Below are positions 1-12,769 of a DNA stretch of 64,000 nucleotides, piece after piece. The DNA is taken from assembly GCA_011109175.1 (NCBI GenBank), contig RDEW01000030.1, positions 118,094 through 182,093 on the forward strand, written 5' to 3'. The notes beneath the pieces are model-generated. The model ran no database searches, was not told the origin of the DNA, and saw only the letters and a list, made by a program, of their open reading frames with translations. Source of the DNA: Dicyema japonicum (taxonomy: Eukaryota > Animalia > Dicyemida). A program made the position numbers and the translations under genes. Every line of letters begins with the position of its first letter. Positions within the stretch are counted from its first letter, which is position 1.

Positions 1-139
1 ACAAGAAGAGATACTGAACAGAATCGGATTTATAAGACGATTTGAAGAGAATTGGACGAATGACTTTGTCGTTATGTTTTTTCTGCCTTCAAGAATCCAT
101 TAGATGGGGAACTTGAATTAAGTAAGTCTGTTATTTCCA

Positions 140-1200
140 GTGATAGTTATTTTTTGACAGTTTCTGAGTTTACACTAAGGCGAGAGTAGTGATATCGAGT
201 CCAAACAGGAAGCACTGATCTTGGGTAATCAAGAAATTAATTTAGCAACATTTTGGACGGTGGAATAAAAACATGTCAATCACTGAGTTTTTTGGCGAAT
301 TTAGATGCGGAAAAACCGAGCTCGCCCACACTTTATGTGGTAGCAGTCCAATTAGTAAATATTAGTGAGTTCCCAAATAAGTCAGTCAATTGGCCGACTA
401 AATAATTGGAAAGTTATGTACATTGACACAGAAACACATTTTTGTCATAATAATCAATTTAAGTCGTCCTGCCAGGCTGCACACAATTGCTGCCAGATTT
501 AAAGTCAATAACAAATCAAATGACCTCAGATTCGGGGGCAGGAATGAGGTTTTAATGAAGGGGATATAACACTAGTTTTCAACCGGACCCTAAGAAACCA
601 ATTGGAGGGCACGTTTTAGCTCATGCAAGCACAACTCGNCAATTTAGACGAGCAGTTTTTCCCCTTTTTAACGATAGGCGAGCATCAGATGGAGATTATG
701 AACCACATGGCTGCGAAATTCTACGAGGAGCCTGGAATTTTTAAACTTTTGGTAGAATTATTAAACTATGTCATATTGTGGACTCGATTATGGCTTTATT
801 CCTTGACTACTCTGGGAGAGGAGAACTTGCTGATAGGCAACAGAAATTTGGCAATTCTTATCCCGTTTGCAGAAGATATCAGGTGTTGTTGTGAGTTACA
901 TTAGAGTACGACGTTGCTGTGATGATAACAAATTAAATGACCTCAGATTCGGGGGCAGGAATGATGTTTTAATGAAGGGGATATAACACTAGTTTTCAAC
1001 CGGACCCTAAGAAACCAATTGGAGGGCACGTTTTAGCTCATGCAAGCACAACTCGCGTCTCTCTAAGAAAAGGGAGAGCTGAGAATATAATAACAAAAAT
1101 TTTTGATAGGTACGTAATGTGATCTACTAGTAGTCCTGAATTTTGAGAAAACGAAATCACGTTCTCTATTACAGACGGTGAAATCTCTGACGCTAAGGAC
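140..1200 (+). pseudogene. DMC1: DMC1 meiotic recombinase pseudogene (two partial, differently broken copies joined at n639)
   Basis: Hand translation gives TGSTDLGNILDGGI, SITEFFGEFRCGKTELAHTLC (Walker A), KVMYIDTE, EHQMEIMNHMAAKFYEEPGIFKLL (DMC1-specific, not RAD51), [40 protein letters not shown] and ENEITFSITDGEISDAKD. Introns are 20-24 nt (e.g. 444-463). There are frameshifts near 270 and 340 and in-frame stops (TAG TGA near 187, TAA at conserved TNQ near 933, TGA near 1144). Confidence 0.85.
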
Positions 1201-1291
1201 TTTATTAAGTTTATTAGTTTATCCATAAACCTTGTTGGAAGTTGTTTAAAAACGAATTCAAAGACTTTTCTTTCAGTCCAATTATTTAAAA

Positions 1292-2100
1292 TGTCGCGTG
1301 CTGGTTACATGTCACCTGTCAATCGATCTGTCACCTGTCGTTCAATGAATATTGATTTCTAATCAAATAATTAATTTTTTAAGTCCATCGTATTTTGAAT
1401 GATGAACGTTCCATTTTTGTTCATCCTCTTAAAATAGGCTAACTTTAAATTTGGTGAAAAAAATTCAGATCAAAATGATTTGCATCAGTTTTCTAGCATA
1501 ATTTATACAATAATTACCTGAAACATCTGAAATATGTTCCACGTCAATAGGAAAAAAATCATCCGAACCCTAACTTTCTTTGAAATTAAAAATAATAATA
1601 AATTTTTATACTCACGAATGACTGTGTTTATTCCAGAAACTCCTTTCAGTTTTATAAATGGAGTTTCATTAGTGAAGGAACGAAGCACTTTTACAGATAA
1701 CACCACGATTCTATTTCTATGGATGTACTTCGCCATGGTTCGCATTTCAGACTCATCCATGAAACAACTAATCTGTGCTTTTCAAATTTTTCGTCTTTGA
1801 TAAATGATTCGAATAAGATTTTCGATAATTCCACCAACCTTGCACATTTTTCTTCCCAACCATAAGAGAGTTGGCATATGAGGATTTACCCCGTAAGCAA
1901 ACTTTAGAGCAAAATTACGCGTTTTCTCAAATGTTTTGAAAATTGAGTCTCTTTTTTGAGTCGTACCATCCTTCTATACCGTTTAACATTGCAGGAAATA
2001 GTTGAAGACATAAAGAAAGGTCTCCGACTTGAGCTTTAGTTTTCTGACAGAAAACAGAGCGTTCGTAGCTTTTTTTCTTTCGTATTTTAGCATGTTCCAG
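1292..2100 (-). mobile_element. Ginger-like integrase DNA transposon remnant
   Basis: Starts with a TGTCGCG terminus. Minus strand 1500-1830 is clearly homologous to 59540-59800 inside the TIR-bounded integrase element. Confidence 0.5.
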
Positions 2101-2104
2101 AAAA

Positions 2105-3290
2105 TTACCAACCTTGGAGGCCAAGGTATTTCATAGTTTTCTTCCGAGGTATTTCTTGTAACGAGTTCTTTAGGCTAGCCATCCTCCTGCTTCCAGTTAT
2201 CCTCACCAGACCAGACTTCTCATTTGCAACTGAAAAAAAGTTTTCATTACACCACTCATCGATCTGGTCCATGTATATCTTCAACCGTTTCTCAGATACC
2301 AAAGGATTTAAAGAGACATCATAACTTATGACGTCATCAGCGTATATCAAGATTTTTGTAAGTTGGTTTTCTAGCAAGGCAGTTCACTCATTACAATGTA
2401 GAATAATAAAGGACTGAGCACTGAACCCTGAGGGACACCTCTTCTCAGCCAGATTTCACGAGACTCATAGTTAAAAAAATAACAATTGACCGTCTATCCG
2501 AGAGCAAACTTCGTATCCAAAAATAGTTTTTTTTCAACACCTCATATCGCAAGATAAATAAAAAGTCCAAGATGCCACACAGTGTCGAAAGCTTTGGATA
2601 TATTAAGGCAGACTGCGGTCAAACATCCTTTAGTTTCCAAAGCCTTCACAATTGACGTTAACACTGTACAACTAATCTCCACATGAGCGATTTTTTGTAA
2701 ACCCTACTGATACTCTATTGATAGATCATTACGTTCTATGTGTTCAGAGACTCTGTTAAATATCATTCTTTCCACAATTCTTGAGATTGTTGGTATAAGG
2801 CTTATGGGTCTATAACTGGTTGTTAAGTACCCAGGTTTCTCAGATTTACGTATCAGCCTGACCTCCGTCAATTTCCAATGCGAAGGTATATGACCCAACT
2901 CCATACTACAAGTATAAAGACATCAAAGATATTCATATAGTGTCTGAGATGCTTCCTTGAATAAACGCATAACGATCTAGTCCTTTCCAGGAGTATTGTC
3001 TTCAGTGCATTTTACCGCATTTTCAACTCCAGCATTTTCTGTGACTTAGAGGTAAAGAACTATGCTGTGTGAATCAAGTGTCTGCAGTATATATAAGCAG
3101 GAACTGCGTTCTCGAGCAATTTTTCAATAAAAATAAAAAATACAAATTCAAGCAAGAGATAATATGTTATTTCTGTTAACTGAAAGGACTGGATGGACTT
3201 GTGCAACATTGAAAATCTCCGCGTTTGTGACCTTGAGAGTTGGCTACATTTATATATAACAGCCCTGCCGCCAAGGAGTAGCAATGTTTC
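2105..3290 (-). mobile_element. Degenerate non-LTR retrotransposon RT fragment (Jockey/I-like)
   Basis: Motifs YRPISLIPTISRIVERM, YADDV and MKYLGL, interrupted by stops and frameshifts. Confidence 0.75.
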
Positions 3291-3349
3291 CACTAATAAA
3301 CCCCAGTTTAGGCAGAACTCCGACCTTACTTAAAAAGTAAGAACAGTAA

Positions 3350-3598
3350 TGCTAATTAATCCAAGGCATTGAAAATGTCCTTGATTTTTCGTTTGAGTGT
3401 GAATCCCAAAAGACAATCTAGTTCCGCAGCGATGAAACACGGGGTAACTCGTCAACCCCCAGTAGTTGTTAATTTGCTAATTAATCCAAGGCATTGAAAA
3501 TGTCCTTGATTTTTCGTTTGAGTGTGAATCCCAAAAGACAATCTAGTTCCGCAGCGATGAAACACGGGGTCACTCGTCAACCCGCAGTAGTTGTTAAT
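3350..3598. repeat. 125-bp tandem duplication containing a SINE-body fragment
   Basis: Two near-identical copies start at ~3350 and ~3475. The segment ctagttccgcagcgatgaaacacggggtaactcgtcaac resembles the antisense SINE body at 39390-39440. Confidence 0.8.
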
Positions 3599-3726
3599 TA
3601 TTGACTAATTTCTGTATTCTGGGTTAATAAATTAATCGATGTCCACTTATAAACTTGTTGGAACCACATATGTTAGAAAACGTGTAAGAAATGAATCTTA
3701 TAGCTATTTATGAACGTCATGGATAA

Positions 3727-5278
3727 ATGCAAATCATACTGAAAGAGGTTTCTCCACTAGAGAAGAAAGTGATAAACTCAGTGATTGAAAGAAATAATAA
3801 TGTTATATACAGAGAACAAAATCGAATTCAGTACAATTACTGAATTAGTCTTAGAAAGCTCAAAGAAGGGATTATGTTGATCAGAAAGTCAATTATTAAC
3901 AGTAACGTAAATGGGACCTGTTGTGACACGTGTGGTTGGACTTTTGATCCTAAATCAATGATGTACTGCTCCAAATGTGATATTCTAATTTGCATAAAAT
4001 GCTTTCACGGTGTTTCCAAACCAGAAAAATCCAGAATATGCCGATGGTGCTACAATTTAATGTATCCTACTAATAGTCATATTCAGGGAGTTCAAGAAGG
4101 TCTACCAGTGGCACCACCAGTTCAAAAGTGTCTCTCTCAGGCAGCTATACTTTGGTATTAATATCTTACTCACTCCAGTCGACGATAACCTGGTCAGCAT
4201 CAATGGAAACACGGAAAGGACAAAAATCACAGAGTCATCGTTAAATACATTTTAGGGAAGAGATTTTGGAGAAATTCGCTGACAAACATCAAAAGAATAC
4301 TGAAAAGGAAAAGAAAGAGGATAAGGTCGAAGTAATAGAAGAGGACGACATTCAAATTCCAAATACGTCTAATTATATTACCGGAGAGGTTTTACTGTTG
4401 GTAGACTACAACGAGTTTACGGAAAAGCTCAAAATTTACATATATGGGATGAGAGAACCCCCCGAGCACAAAATGAAGAATTGGTGTGTATTATAGCGCA
4501 TTATAGGTCTGCGGCTGTTCTGCTACTCCCTGATTTTAATAATTCTCAAAAAATTAAATTTAAATTGAAAAATTATAAGATCGATAAACTCATAGAAGTT
4601 AGATGCCATCTGTTTTTACTTTAGTACCACGTGGCCGAGCATCAGATTAATTCACTGAGCGTATTCATCCAATTTACAGCCAAAATACCTTGGAGGACAC
4701 GTGTCATTTACTCGGCTGAGGTGCATATAGCTATGGTCAAATATGATACGAAAATCTGGCATTCGTTGCTAAAAATTGTGAACTATTTATATTTAATGCA
4801 GACACGGCCACAATCTCAATATGCCCTGAGAATGAGGATTTTGGTCTCCATCGAAGACGGGACGTTGACGTTGACGGCCAAGTCTCTTGTGGGCTTAAAA
4901 GATTCAAAATCAACTCGTTATAAGATCGTCCTGTATTTAAACAAGTAAACCACTTTAGGATTGCGAATGACATTTTGATGGAAGGTCATAAATATTTGTT
5001 TGGAAGGAGATGGCTCATTTTCAATGAAAAATTCAAATTTGGAAATTTCAGCAAATATGACAATTTCAAAGTTCACATAGTAAGAATGAAGGGAGGAGAA
5101 TCCATTTTGGCAATAGAAGAGGTTGAAATGACAAAACGTACATTCCGTTTTCATTTTCTTAGCTCCAAGATCGCACCAAGTAATCATAAATGGGGGTAAA
5201 TTTCATTCTGTGAAAGAAGTGTTGCATCAAGCACAAACAGCTGAAATTATCCTTTACTTAAACCCAATAACCAAATAA
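3727..5278 (+). CDS. Synaptotagmin-like protein / rabphilin-family Rab effector (Rab-binding helix + Zn finger + two C2-like domains)
   Basis: Eight GT-AG introns (3831-3854, 4062-4086, 4155-4178, 4933-4958 and four more of 23-27 nt) give one stop-free ORF: MQIILKEVSPLEKKVINSVIERNNNVIYREQNRIQKLKE (Slp homology domain), CDTC..CSKC..CIKC..CRWC, and ITGEVLLLVDYNEFTEKLKIYI (C2 start). Ends in TAA at 5276-5278. Confidence 0.8.
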
Positions 5279-5434
5279 TTTTAACCAATCTTCTACTAAA
5301 AGAGAATAATATTTAAAGCAATGTGTTAATGACCAATTGAGTTTGTCATAGCGGTGTTCTTCCTAATAGTAATCTTCAAATATGTAAGCAAAGCTGAGGT
5401 TAAGTACAACGAGAACAATTTATTATTAGTTAGA

Positions 5435-5712
5435 GCAGTTCTCGATCGCGGCCGCATGAGGCCCGCTGATACTTAAATGCCCGCTTAAATAATAAAAATA
5501 TTATGTCACATGGATGGCTTGATGCTTATGGGCAACCTGTTTTTTTACGTGTTTCCATTTTGCATTAAATTTTAATTTGACCGCGGCCGCATGAGGCCCG
5601 CTGATACTTAAATGCCCGCTTAAATAATAAAAATATTATGTCACATGGATGGCTTGATGCTTATGGGCAACCTGTTTTTTTACGTGTTTCCATTTTGCAT
5701 TAAATTTTAATT
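5435..5712. mobile_element. hAT-type terminus with 135-bp tandem duplication
   Basis: cagttctcgatcgcggccgcatgaggcccgc resembles hAT (SPIN/Charlie-like) ends. The unit repeats at 5447 and 5582. Confidence 0.5.
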
Positions 5713-5761
5713 AGTATCATAATTATTCTTTGTGATGTCAGAAAAACGTGTTAAACATAGA

Positions 5762-5835
5762 TTTCCAGTGAGAGTCCGCAGTGAGAGTCCACTGATGACG
5801 GCGTCACTCGTCAAGCCTTTTTAGCATGAACGCGG
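5762..5835 (-). mobile_element. SINE body fragment
   Basis: ccgcagtgagagtccactgatgacggcgtcactcgtcaagcc matches the SINE copy at 39397-39440. Confidence 0.75.
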
Positions 5836-6019
5836 CATCACAGTGAATAATGATAATTGATACCACGCTAGTATTTTATTTAAAAGCGCGAAAAATTAAA
5901 AAATAAAAATCAATAAAATTTTTGACTTTATTGACCTAAAAAATTAAATTTTTACCTATATTTAAAACGCTCTACTCACAATACATCGAAACATGTATTT
6001 CATATGCGTGTACTTCATG

Positions 6020-6410
6020 GGGACCACTGGCCTCTTATACGAACATCCAGAAAATCTCTGCAACACAGAAAAAGGCCTTCAAACTAACTGAGAGATGGTA
6101 TACAAGGGAAAACATCAAATCACCGACGCCCATATAGACACTAATCTAAAAAAAACAAAAATGGACACCAATGCCAAAAAGGAAGTGCTCGCCCGCAACG
6201 AAATTGNCTGAGCGATGGTATACAAGGGAAAACATCAAATCACCGACGCCCATAAAGACACTAATCGAAAAAAACAAAAATGGACACCAATGCCAAAAAG
6301 GAAGTGCTCGCCCACAACGAAATTGTGTAGGCTCAAGGGATCAACACCGATCAAAGATGAGAGCCTTGATCCAATTCGTCGGGATCACTTAGTCTTTTCG
6401 GTTTAACAGT
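6020..6410 (+). mobile_element. LINE 3' end fragment (flank duplicated at n6207)
   Basis: Terminal gggatcacttag motif is shared with the LINE 3' end at 50545-50560. 6088-6206 is duplicated at 6208-6327. Confidence 0.5.
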
Positions 6411-6419
6411 GGTCTTCGG

Positions 6420-7320
6420 AATTAATTTTAATTTAAAGCTATAAACCCTAATAATGTAAATTTCCCTAAACATTTCCAACTATGATCAAATTCTAAAGAT
6501 ACTTTATTAAATGTCTTTAGTAAAAAGTAAATTGGTTGTTGTCGTATGTACGCACGTTCCAAAATTTGCGACATACTCCTCGTAAAACAAATATGAAAAG
6601 TGATGTTGCTACATACTCCTGATAAATTATATTTATTAGATGTTGTTTTTAGATTAATAAAAATATAATCATTTTATAATATTAACAACAAATTATTTTT
6701 AATCTAAAAAATCATTTATTTTGTATCTAAATTATCCAAGTCTCTGCTATTTTCTTTAAATAATAGTTCCATCTTTGCATTCACAAATTATCATCCGAGT
6801 GGGAGAGATTTCTCTAACTTAATAAATTTTGATGTCTATATGCTCATTCAGAGCACCTCTACGAATTTTTATATTTGTGTCAGTGCGACTCTTCTAACAA
6901 CCCTGTCGCCAATATTGAAAACCTTTAAATCGTTCATCCACAACCACTTTCTTAACATCTTTTCCTCCGCTAGATTGGAAAACTCAGCCTTAAATTAAAT
7001 TTATTGAACCTTTCTCCTTTTAACTTCATTTTCCGTCCAAAAAATCTATCCTTGTAAAATTCGATATCTTCTTAATGTCAGGTATAACACCATCATTAAG
7101 AAAAGCAATAATTTCTTTCTCTCGAACGTCAAAAAAACAAACTTCATCCCAACTACAAAAAATAGTAGAGTGGTGGTTTTTTCTTTTATTTCATTAGAGG
7201 TGATTATTATAGGCAACTATCATAGAAACATAATTGTTATATTTCCACACGTGTTTAAGCGATTTTTTGTATCAATTAGAAGTAAACCTTTCTAAAAATT
7301 AAGATTTTCTATATAATTTA
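6420..7320 (-). mobile_element. Mosaic of decayed DNA transposon pieces (integrase C-terminus, pogo-related segment)
   Basis: FNIGDRVVRR-like integrase tail on the minus strand near 6900; TGCGACA terminus at ~6568-6574; 7215-7255 matches 34045-34085. Confidence 0.35.
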
Positions 7321-7381
7321 AATTGTTGATCTTTGTTGCAAGATGGCTTCTCCGCACGTGAGACCTGGTGGTTCTCCAGGC

Positions 7382-7460
7382 GATCTCTGTTGCAATCGTG
7401 AGAGGCAACGAAACGTCGATAATGTCGGCGGGGTCCACTTTGAATGGATGGCAGTGTTAA
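7382..7460 (+). repeat. GC-rich structured dispersed repeat, copy 1
   Basis: About 78 nt nearly identical to the reverse complement of 25173-25254. It contains three hairpins (GTTGC/GCAAC, CGTCGA/TCGGCG, TCCA/TGGA). Confidence 0.8.
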
Positions 7461-7579
7461 ATAAAAGAATAAATTTATGTTGGTTAAATAAAGTTGGATT
7501 TAAATTTATAAAAAAAATTAAATCTGAATTAATGAATGCTGAGAATAATTGAAAAATTTTAATTTTTTACTTAGCTAAC

Positions 7580-8870
7580 TAATATATTTTTGCGGTTCTT
7601 TCTCAGCCTAAGTGGAATTTGTGGAGAACGTCCACCTTGGAGGGGAAAGTAAAGGAAACCGGTCAAGTAAAGAAAACCGGTAGGTAACAAGAATGTAGCT
7701 ACCAATGACGTACGTTCCCAGAGTTCCAAAAGGTTGACCTTGTGCGGAGGAGAAACAGAAGACGGGTCAGGACACAAGAAAAGGTGATCTATGGTCATCA
7801 AATGCACATCAGGGAAAAAGTGGCGACTTTATATGCAAGGTCTTCTTCTATATGTAGGCATTGAGACTCATGTGGTGACAGCAACGGAGGCATGCCAGGT
7901 TTACCCGAATTCCAAGAGAAAAAGAAGATTTACTGACATTAATGCCCGATGGAAAGCGACCAAAAAGCTTGCTTAATCAAAGGCTTTGGATTGTATTTAT
8001 TGACACCGTATAGGTAAGAAGTCGGAGAACAACCTTGTTTGGGAAACCGGTAGCTCAAGTTTTGATGACGGAAGAAATTGATTTGTGGGGACGATCTGAT
8101 GCTTGCGCCCGCCCGATAACATATGGGATAATAGGAACACATCAACCACTGTTGATCTTCACATGAGTGACTTGTTAATGAAATNGTATAGGTAAGAAGT
8201 CGGAGAACAACCTTGTTTGGGAAACCCGTAGCTCGAGTTTTGATAACGGAAGAAATTGATTTGTGGGGACGATCTGATGCTTGCACCCGCCCGATAACAT
8301 ATGGGATAATAGGAACACATCAACCACTGTTGATCTTCAGCAGAGTGACTTGTTAATGAAATGAGTGAGACAGGAAGCAGCCTGGAATCATGCCCCCTTG
8401 GAAATACGGATCGGAATGTTTCTTGACTTCTGAATACGCGAGATGAAGAGCAGATCGTTCATGTCCAATTTAGGTAATTTTCGCATAAAGCAAGAATTGT
8501 TTCGAAGTGGTCGAATAAGCAGATTAGACAATCACAAATCGATTATCAGGAGCTCTGGATAATCACGCACAACCAATGTGGAGCTTGTGGGAGTTTGTCC
8601 CCTTACAGGTCTTGCAACGGGGAATAGATTTCAATAGAACAACAACTGAGAAATTTTTTCGTTTGCAACATCTTCGGGATCCTTCCAAACATAATTTAGT
8701 ATTTCGGTTTTTGAAACACCACTTCAGTCGACGAGACAACGCGGCGAAAAGATTATATTGCCAAATTATGACTAATACCCCATGAACCCATGTTTTTTCG
8801 AGATCTCGACAAAGAGTTAATTTATCATTCAAAAGTCTTAATTGAGCATTTTGTTTATGAGTCATCTAAT
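7580..8870 (-). mobile_element. Ingi-like LINE 3' part, degenerate (flank duplicated at n8185)
   Basis: C-terminus IDHLFLCP...LWERTSLVATFL resembles LWERPAFAASYI of the LINE at 21720-21760. Multiple stops. Confidence 0.55.
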
Positions 8871-9443
8871 TTCGTCAGAAAGCGTAAACAACCCAAATAG
8901 AGTGGTAATTAAGAGGTTATTGTTTCAAATACTCAGACTGGTTGTTTTGTCACTTTAATTGCTGACGATTAAGAATAATTGGCTGCGTCATATAAATCGG
9001 AAAAATAAACCAAAAACGAACTTCATCTAGTGAGTCGATGAAAATGACAATTTTGGTTAATATTTTATGTTTATTGAGCCGATTAAATACATACTGTTTT
9101 ATGCGATTTTAAAATGACCATCAAATTATCAATCAATAAGATTAATTCTCACAAAAAATAGATTTTTGAATTTTATTGGGATAACATTAAGTCAGTCAAT
9201 TGAATATAATATTTTTTTTATTTTTGAGGATAACCATATAATTATTTGAGATTTTTGTATCAATAAAATAGAATTTTGTGGAAAATATAATTCAATGTCT
9301 GATTTATGCGTTCATTGTTTTGATTTCACATCAAAATAGTAATCTTTGTTTTAAATTAAAATTAAATAAATATTTTAAATTATAAATTTAAAAATATTAA
9401 TAAATTGTTGTTTTTAGTATTATTTCTTTGTTTACACCTTTGG

Positions 9444-11606
9444 ATGCCCTCGAATCACCAAACTGAAAAAAATACGGAACCAAAACAGAAGACAGAAAAA
9501 CCAAAGAAAAAACCAAAGAAAGATTCTGATTTGGTTCCAAAGTCTAATTTCTTCCAAAGGCTTAATTCCCGTCAGTTGGATAGCTTTTCCTTCAAGGGTT
9601 TGAAAGGACAATCCCAGGAATTTAGCCAAAAAAACGTGGTTAACTCAGAAACAACAGATCAAATCAAACCTCTGGAACTTGGAAAATCCAAAACGCTGGG
9701 TCAAGTCGAATCCCCGGATTTAAACAAACCCCAGACTGTCAACATAGTCAAGTCTAATCAAGAACTCGTCAAATCCGAGTCTAAAACCCGTAAGCGGGGA
9801 CACAGAATGGNTCCAAAGTCTAATTTCTTCCAAAGGCTTAATTCCCGTCAGTTGGATAGCTTTTCCTTCAAGGGTTTGAAAGGACAATCCCAGGAATTTA
9901 GCCAAAAAAACGTGGTTAACTCAGAGACAACAGATCAAATCAAACCTCTGGAACTTGGAAAATCCAAAACGCTGGGTCAAGTCGAATCCCCGGATTTAAA
10001 CAAACCCCAGACTGTCAACATAGTCAAATCTAATCAAGAACTCGTCAAATCCGAGTCTAAAACCCGTAAGCGGGGACACAGAATGGTTGCCCGTGACGGA
10101 ACTATCCTCTACAAAATGACCCCTACGAACCAACTAATTCAGTCTATCCAACTGGGAATTGCTTCCCTTATTGGAAGAGTGGATAGGACGGAGGAACACG
10201 ACCTCCTCATGAAGGATTTCACAGTTGTTAAAACGATTATGTTTCCAAAAATCGGGTCCTTGATCACTCCCCCGCACTCTTTCGCGGATTTCCGTTTCCG
10301 TGCTTACGCTCCTATTGCTTTCCGTTTTTTCCGTATTGTATTCTACATATCTACCGATTTCTTTCTAGTAATCCGTTATATAACCAAAGTCTTCTATCTG
10401 TGGGGAGTCTCTGAAGGAACTATCCAACCCAGGAGCTTCAGGGAGCGTATTCTACAGGACTCCTGACGATAACTTCATAATAAAGACAGTCCAGCACAGA
10501 GAGGCTGCTTTTCTCCGTAGTCTGCTCCCTGGTTATTACATGGTATCGTTGTTGATTGATTGCAGAATATGAGTCAAAACAACAACACAATGCTGCCCAA
10601 ATTCTACGGATTGTACTCTTATGAGGTTGTTGTTGTGCCTACGTATAGAATCTGGGACGAAGTATTCGACTGATTGTGATGAACAACGCTTTACCGTCCA
10701 ATGTCCCCATTCAGGAGAAGTATGACCTCAAAGGCAGCACATACAAGCGGATGGCCTCCAAGAAGGAACGGAAGAAGGAGTCTCCGACCTTAAAGGACCT
10801 TGACTTTATATCTGTTCATAAGAAAGGTTTCTACATGTCCCCGCAACACTATGAAAACTTCTTCAACACTTTAAAACGTGATTCCAAAGTCTTGGAGAGC
10901 TTTAAAATAATGGATTACAGCCTCCTTTTGGGGGTGCACTACAGAGGGACCGCATTGGATGGACTGGACTCTTGTGAGCCAGTGATTGCTTCCGAACACC
11001 CAATTGCTAAGTCTGGTTTCGAATTGGCCCGTAGTGGAGTCTTATCCTTTAATTTCTCCCACAATGTTTTGTCGGGGTTTCCCTATTTGGTAACCGTAGT
11101 CGGGTTTTGCAAGGTGTACCCGCCAAAATGGCTGACGGACAAGATGTGGTGCTCTACGTGGCCATTATAGATATCCTGCAGAGGTACAGGGTGGCTAAGA
11201 AGATGGAGCATGTCTTCAAATCCTTAGTTACAGACGGGGTTGGTGCTTGTAATCAATGTAGGACATGGTGTCTGTCCATACTCCCAAATTCTATAGAAAA
11301 CGGTTTCTTAATTTTATAGGGAAGTATTTTCACTCTCTTGATGGTTGGTAGTGGTGATATCTAGATAATGGAATTCCGTTGGAGGTTAAAATATCGTCCG
11401 CAACATCGGATTTTACCAAATCTACTTACCCCTCCTGCAGTAGTGGACGTATGACTACTCTAGACAAGAAGTTTTTTCTGAAACCGTCCTCGGATTACCA
11501 GATATCCAATATTGATACTTTTTGTACGTCGGAGACGAGAACAACCAAGGATAAATTTGTGTCGGGGGATAGTTTTGGATATAGGTCAACAGGTTGGATT
11601 TTATAG
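9444..11606 (+). CDS. PIP5K1: Type I phosphatidylinositol-4-phosphate 5-kinase
   Basis: Spliced with introns 10368-10389, 10543-10565, 10626-10648, 11077-11099, 11239-11261 and 11344-11364 (21-23 nt). Gives [90 protein letters not shown] and VSVHTPKFY. The N-terminal repeat 9536-9810/9812-10090 straddles an n and is probably an artefact. Confidence 0.93.
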
Positions 11607-11904
11607 TCATTATAGATTTTTGATATATTAATTATTCACTTTTTTGATAAAATCTTATTTAATTGATTTTTACTTAGTGTTAATCATTTAAGAGAATCAG
11701 GGATCATTAAACGATATTTTGGGACATATCTATTATACAGATGTCCAATCATCTAAGCAAATCACTATAATTCCAGCTGATTCAACTGATATAATAGTCA
11801 AAAATTAGAATTATGCCTTAATATCACGAGACCAATCTCGAAGAACTGCTCTTGGTGATTTTAACAAATCACAGTGTTTTGGTACCAAAAACCAATTATC
11901 TCAA

Positions 11905-12330
11905 GAGATATTATTATTACCCCAGGATCACTGGGTCGAAGAGAAAGAAAACTTCTCAACTAACTAAGTGGTACCAGATCGACAAGGGAGAGGACGATTC
12001 CGGTGGGGTCGAGAATCCTGACTGCTCTTCTCATCGGTAATGGCATCTGCTCAAACTTTCTGTATGATTTTTGATATTTTGATTTTGTATTGAACAAAGG
12101 GCTCGGTAGACTAGTCGTCTTTAAGAGTTTCTTTTGTAATTCTATCAAGAGATTTTCAAAGCGTTGGATTTTGTATCAACAGAGATTTGAAACATGGTGT
12201 CATGGGGTTCATTTGTTATTTTGTATTGACAAAGGGCTCGGTAGACTAGTCGTCTTTAAGAGTTTCTTTTGTAACTATATCAAGAGATTTTCAAAGCGTT
12301 GGATTTTGTATCAACAGAGATTTTAAACAT
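11905..12330 (-). mobile_element. LINE 3' end with (TAA)n tail and internal ~136-bp duplication
   Basis: IELQKKL..PMRRAVRILDPTGIVLS..LS* is homologous to 50375-50560. The 3' end gacccagtgatcctggggtaataataat is shared with 50590-50620. Confidence 0.75.
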
Positions 12331-12394
12331 GGTGTCATGTGGTTCACCTGTTATTGTGGTGGCGCTCATTGCAAATTCAGCATGGAAGAGAACC
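12331..12394 (+). ncRNA. HDV-like ribozyme-shaped element at a LINE 5' remnant (possibly inactivated)
   Basis: P1 GGUGUC/GGCGCU, P2 GGUUC/GAACC, P3 ACC/GGU, P1.1 UG/CA, P4 UGC/GCA. J4/2 reads UGGAAGA and lacks the C seen in other copies. Confidence 0.55.
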
Positions 12395-12769
12395 GTTCGA
12401 CATTCCTTACCCTTCTACGACTTTCAGAAGAGTGCCCTACCAACAGAGATAAGCATTTGTATGTCATGAAACAATAGGTCTAATAGCCAAGACATTCCGG
12501 ATGCGCGTTGTTTTGTTATTTCTTATTTCATATTTTTCCTTGATTATTGTTTTTTATATAAAAATTCATTTTCTTAAATATATGGAGTCATGTTGTGCTA
12601 CGTGGCTAATCAATTAAAGTTTTCTATTATTTTGTTTGTTCCTCCTCTTTCCCTACCAGAGTGGCGTCATGTGATCCACCTGTCTCAGGTGGCGCCCAGT
12701 GCCACTCTGGCACGAAAAAGGANAAGTTTTCTATTATTTTGCTTGTTCCTCCTCTTTCCCTACCAGAGT

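Noticed and set aside
7382-7460. Hammerhead ribozyme or U11 snRNA in the structured repeat
   Set aside because: A stem-GAAA-stem is present but there is no CUGANGA core or UH site, and copy 2 has GCAA. The U11 likeness is limited to ~12 nt, with no Sm site.
9536-10090. Apparent 92-aa internal tandem repeat in the PIP5K N-terminus
   Set aside because: The two copies are joined by a single n and are nearly identical. The same pattern occurs at n6207, 8185, 12723, 18010, 19991 and 22233, so these are scaffold overlaps or allelic bubbles.
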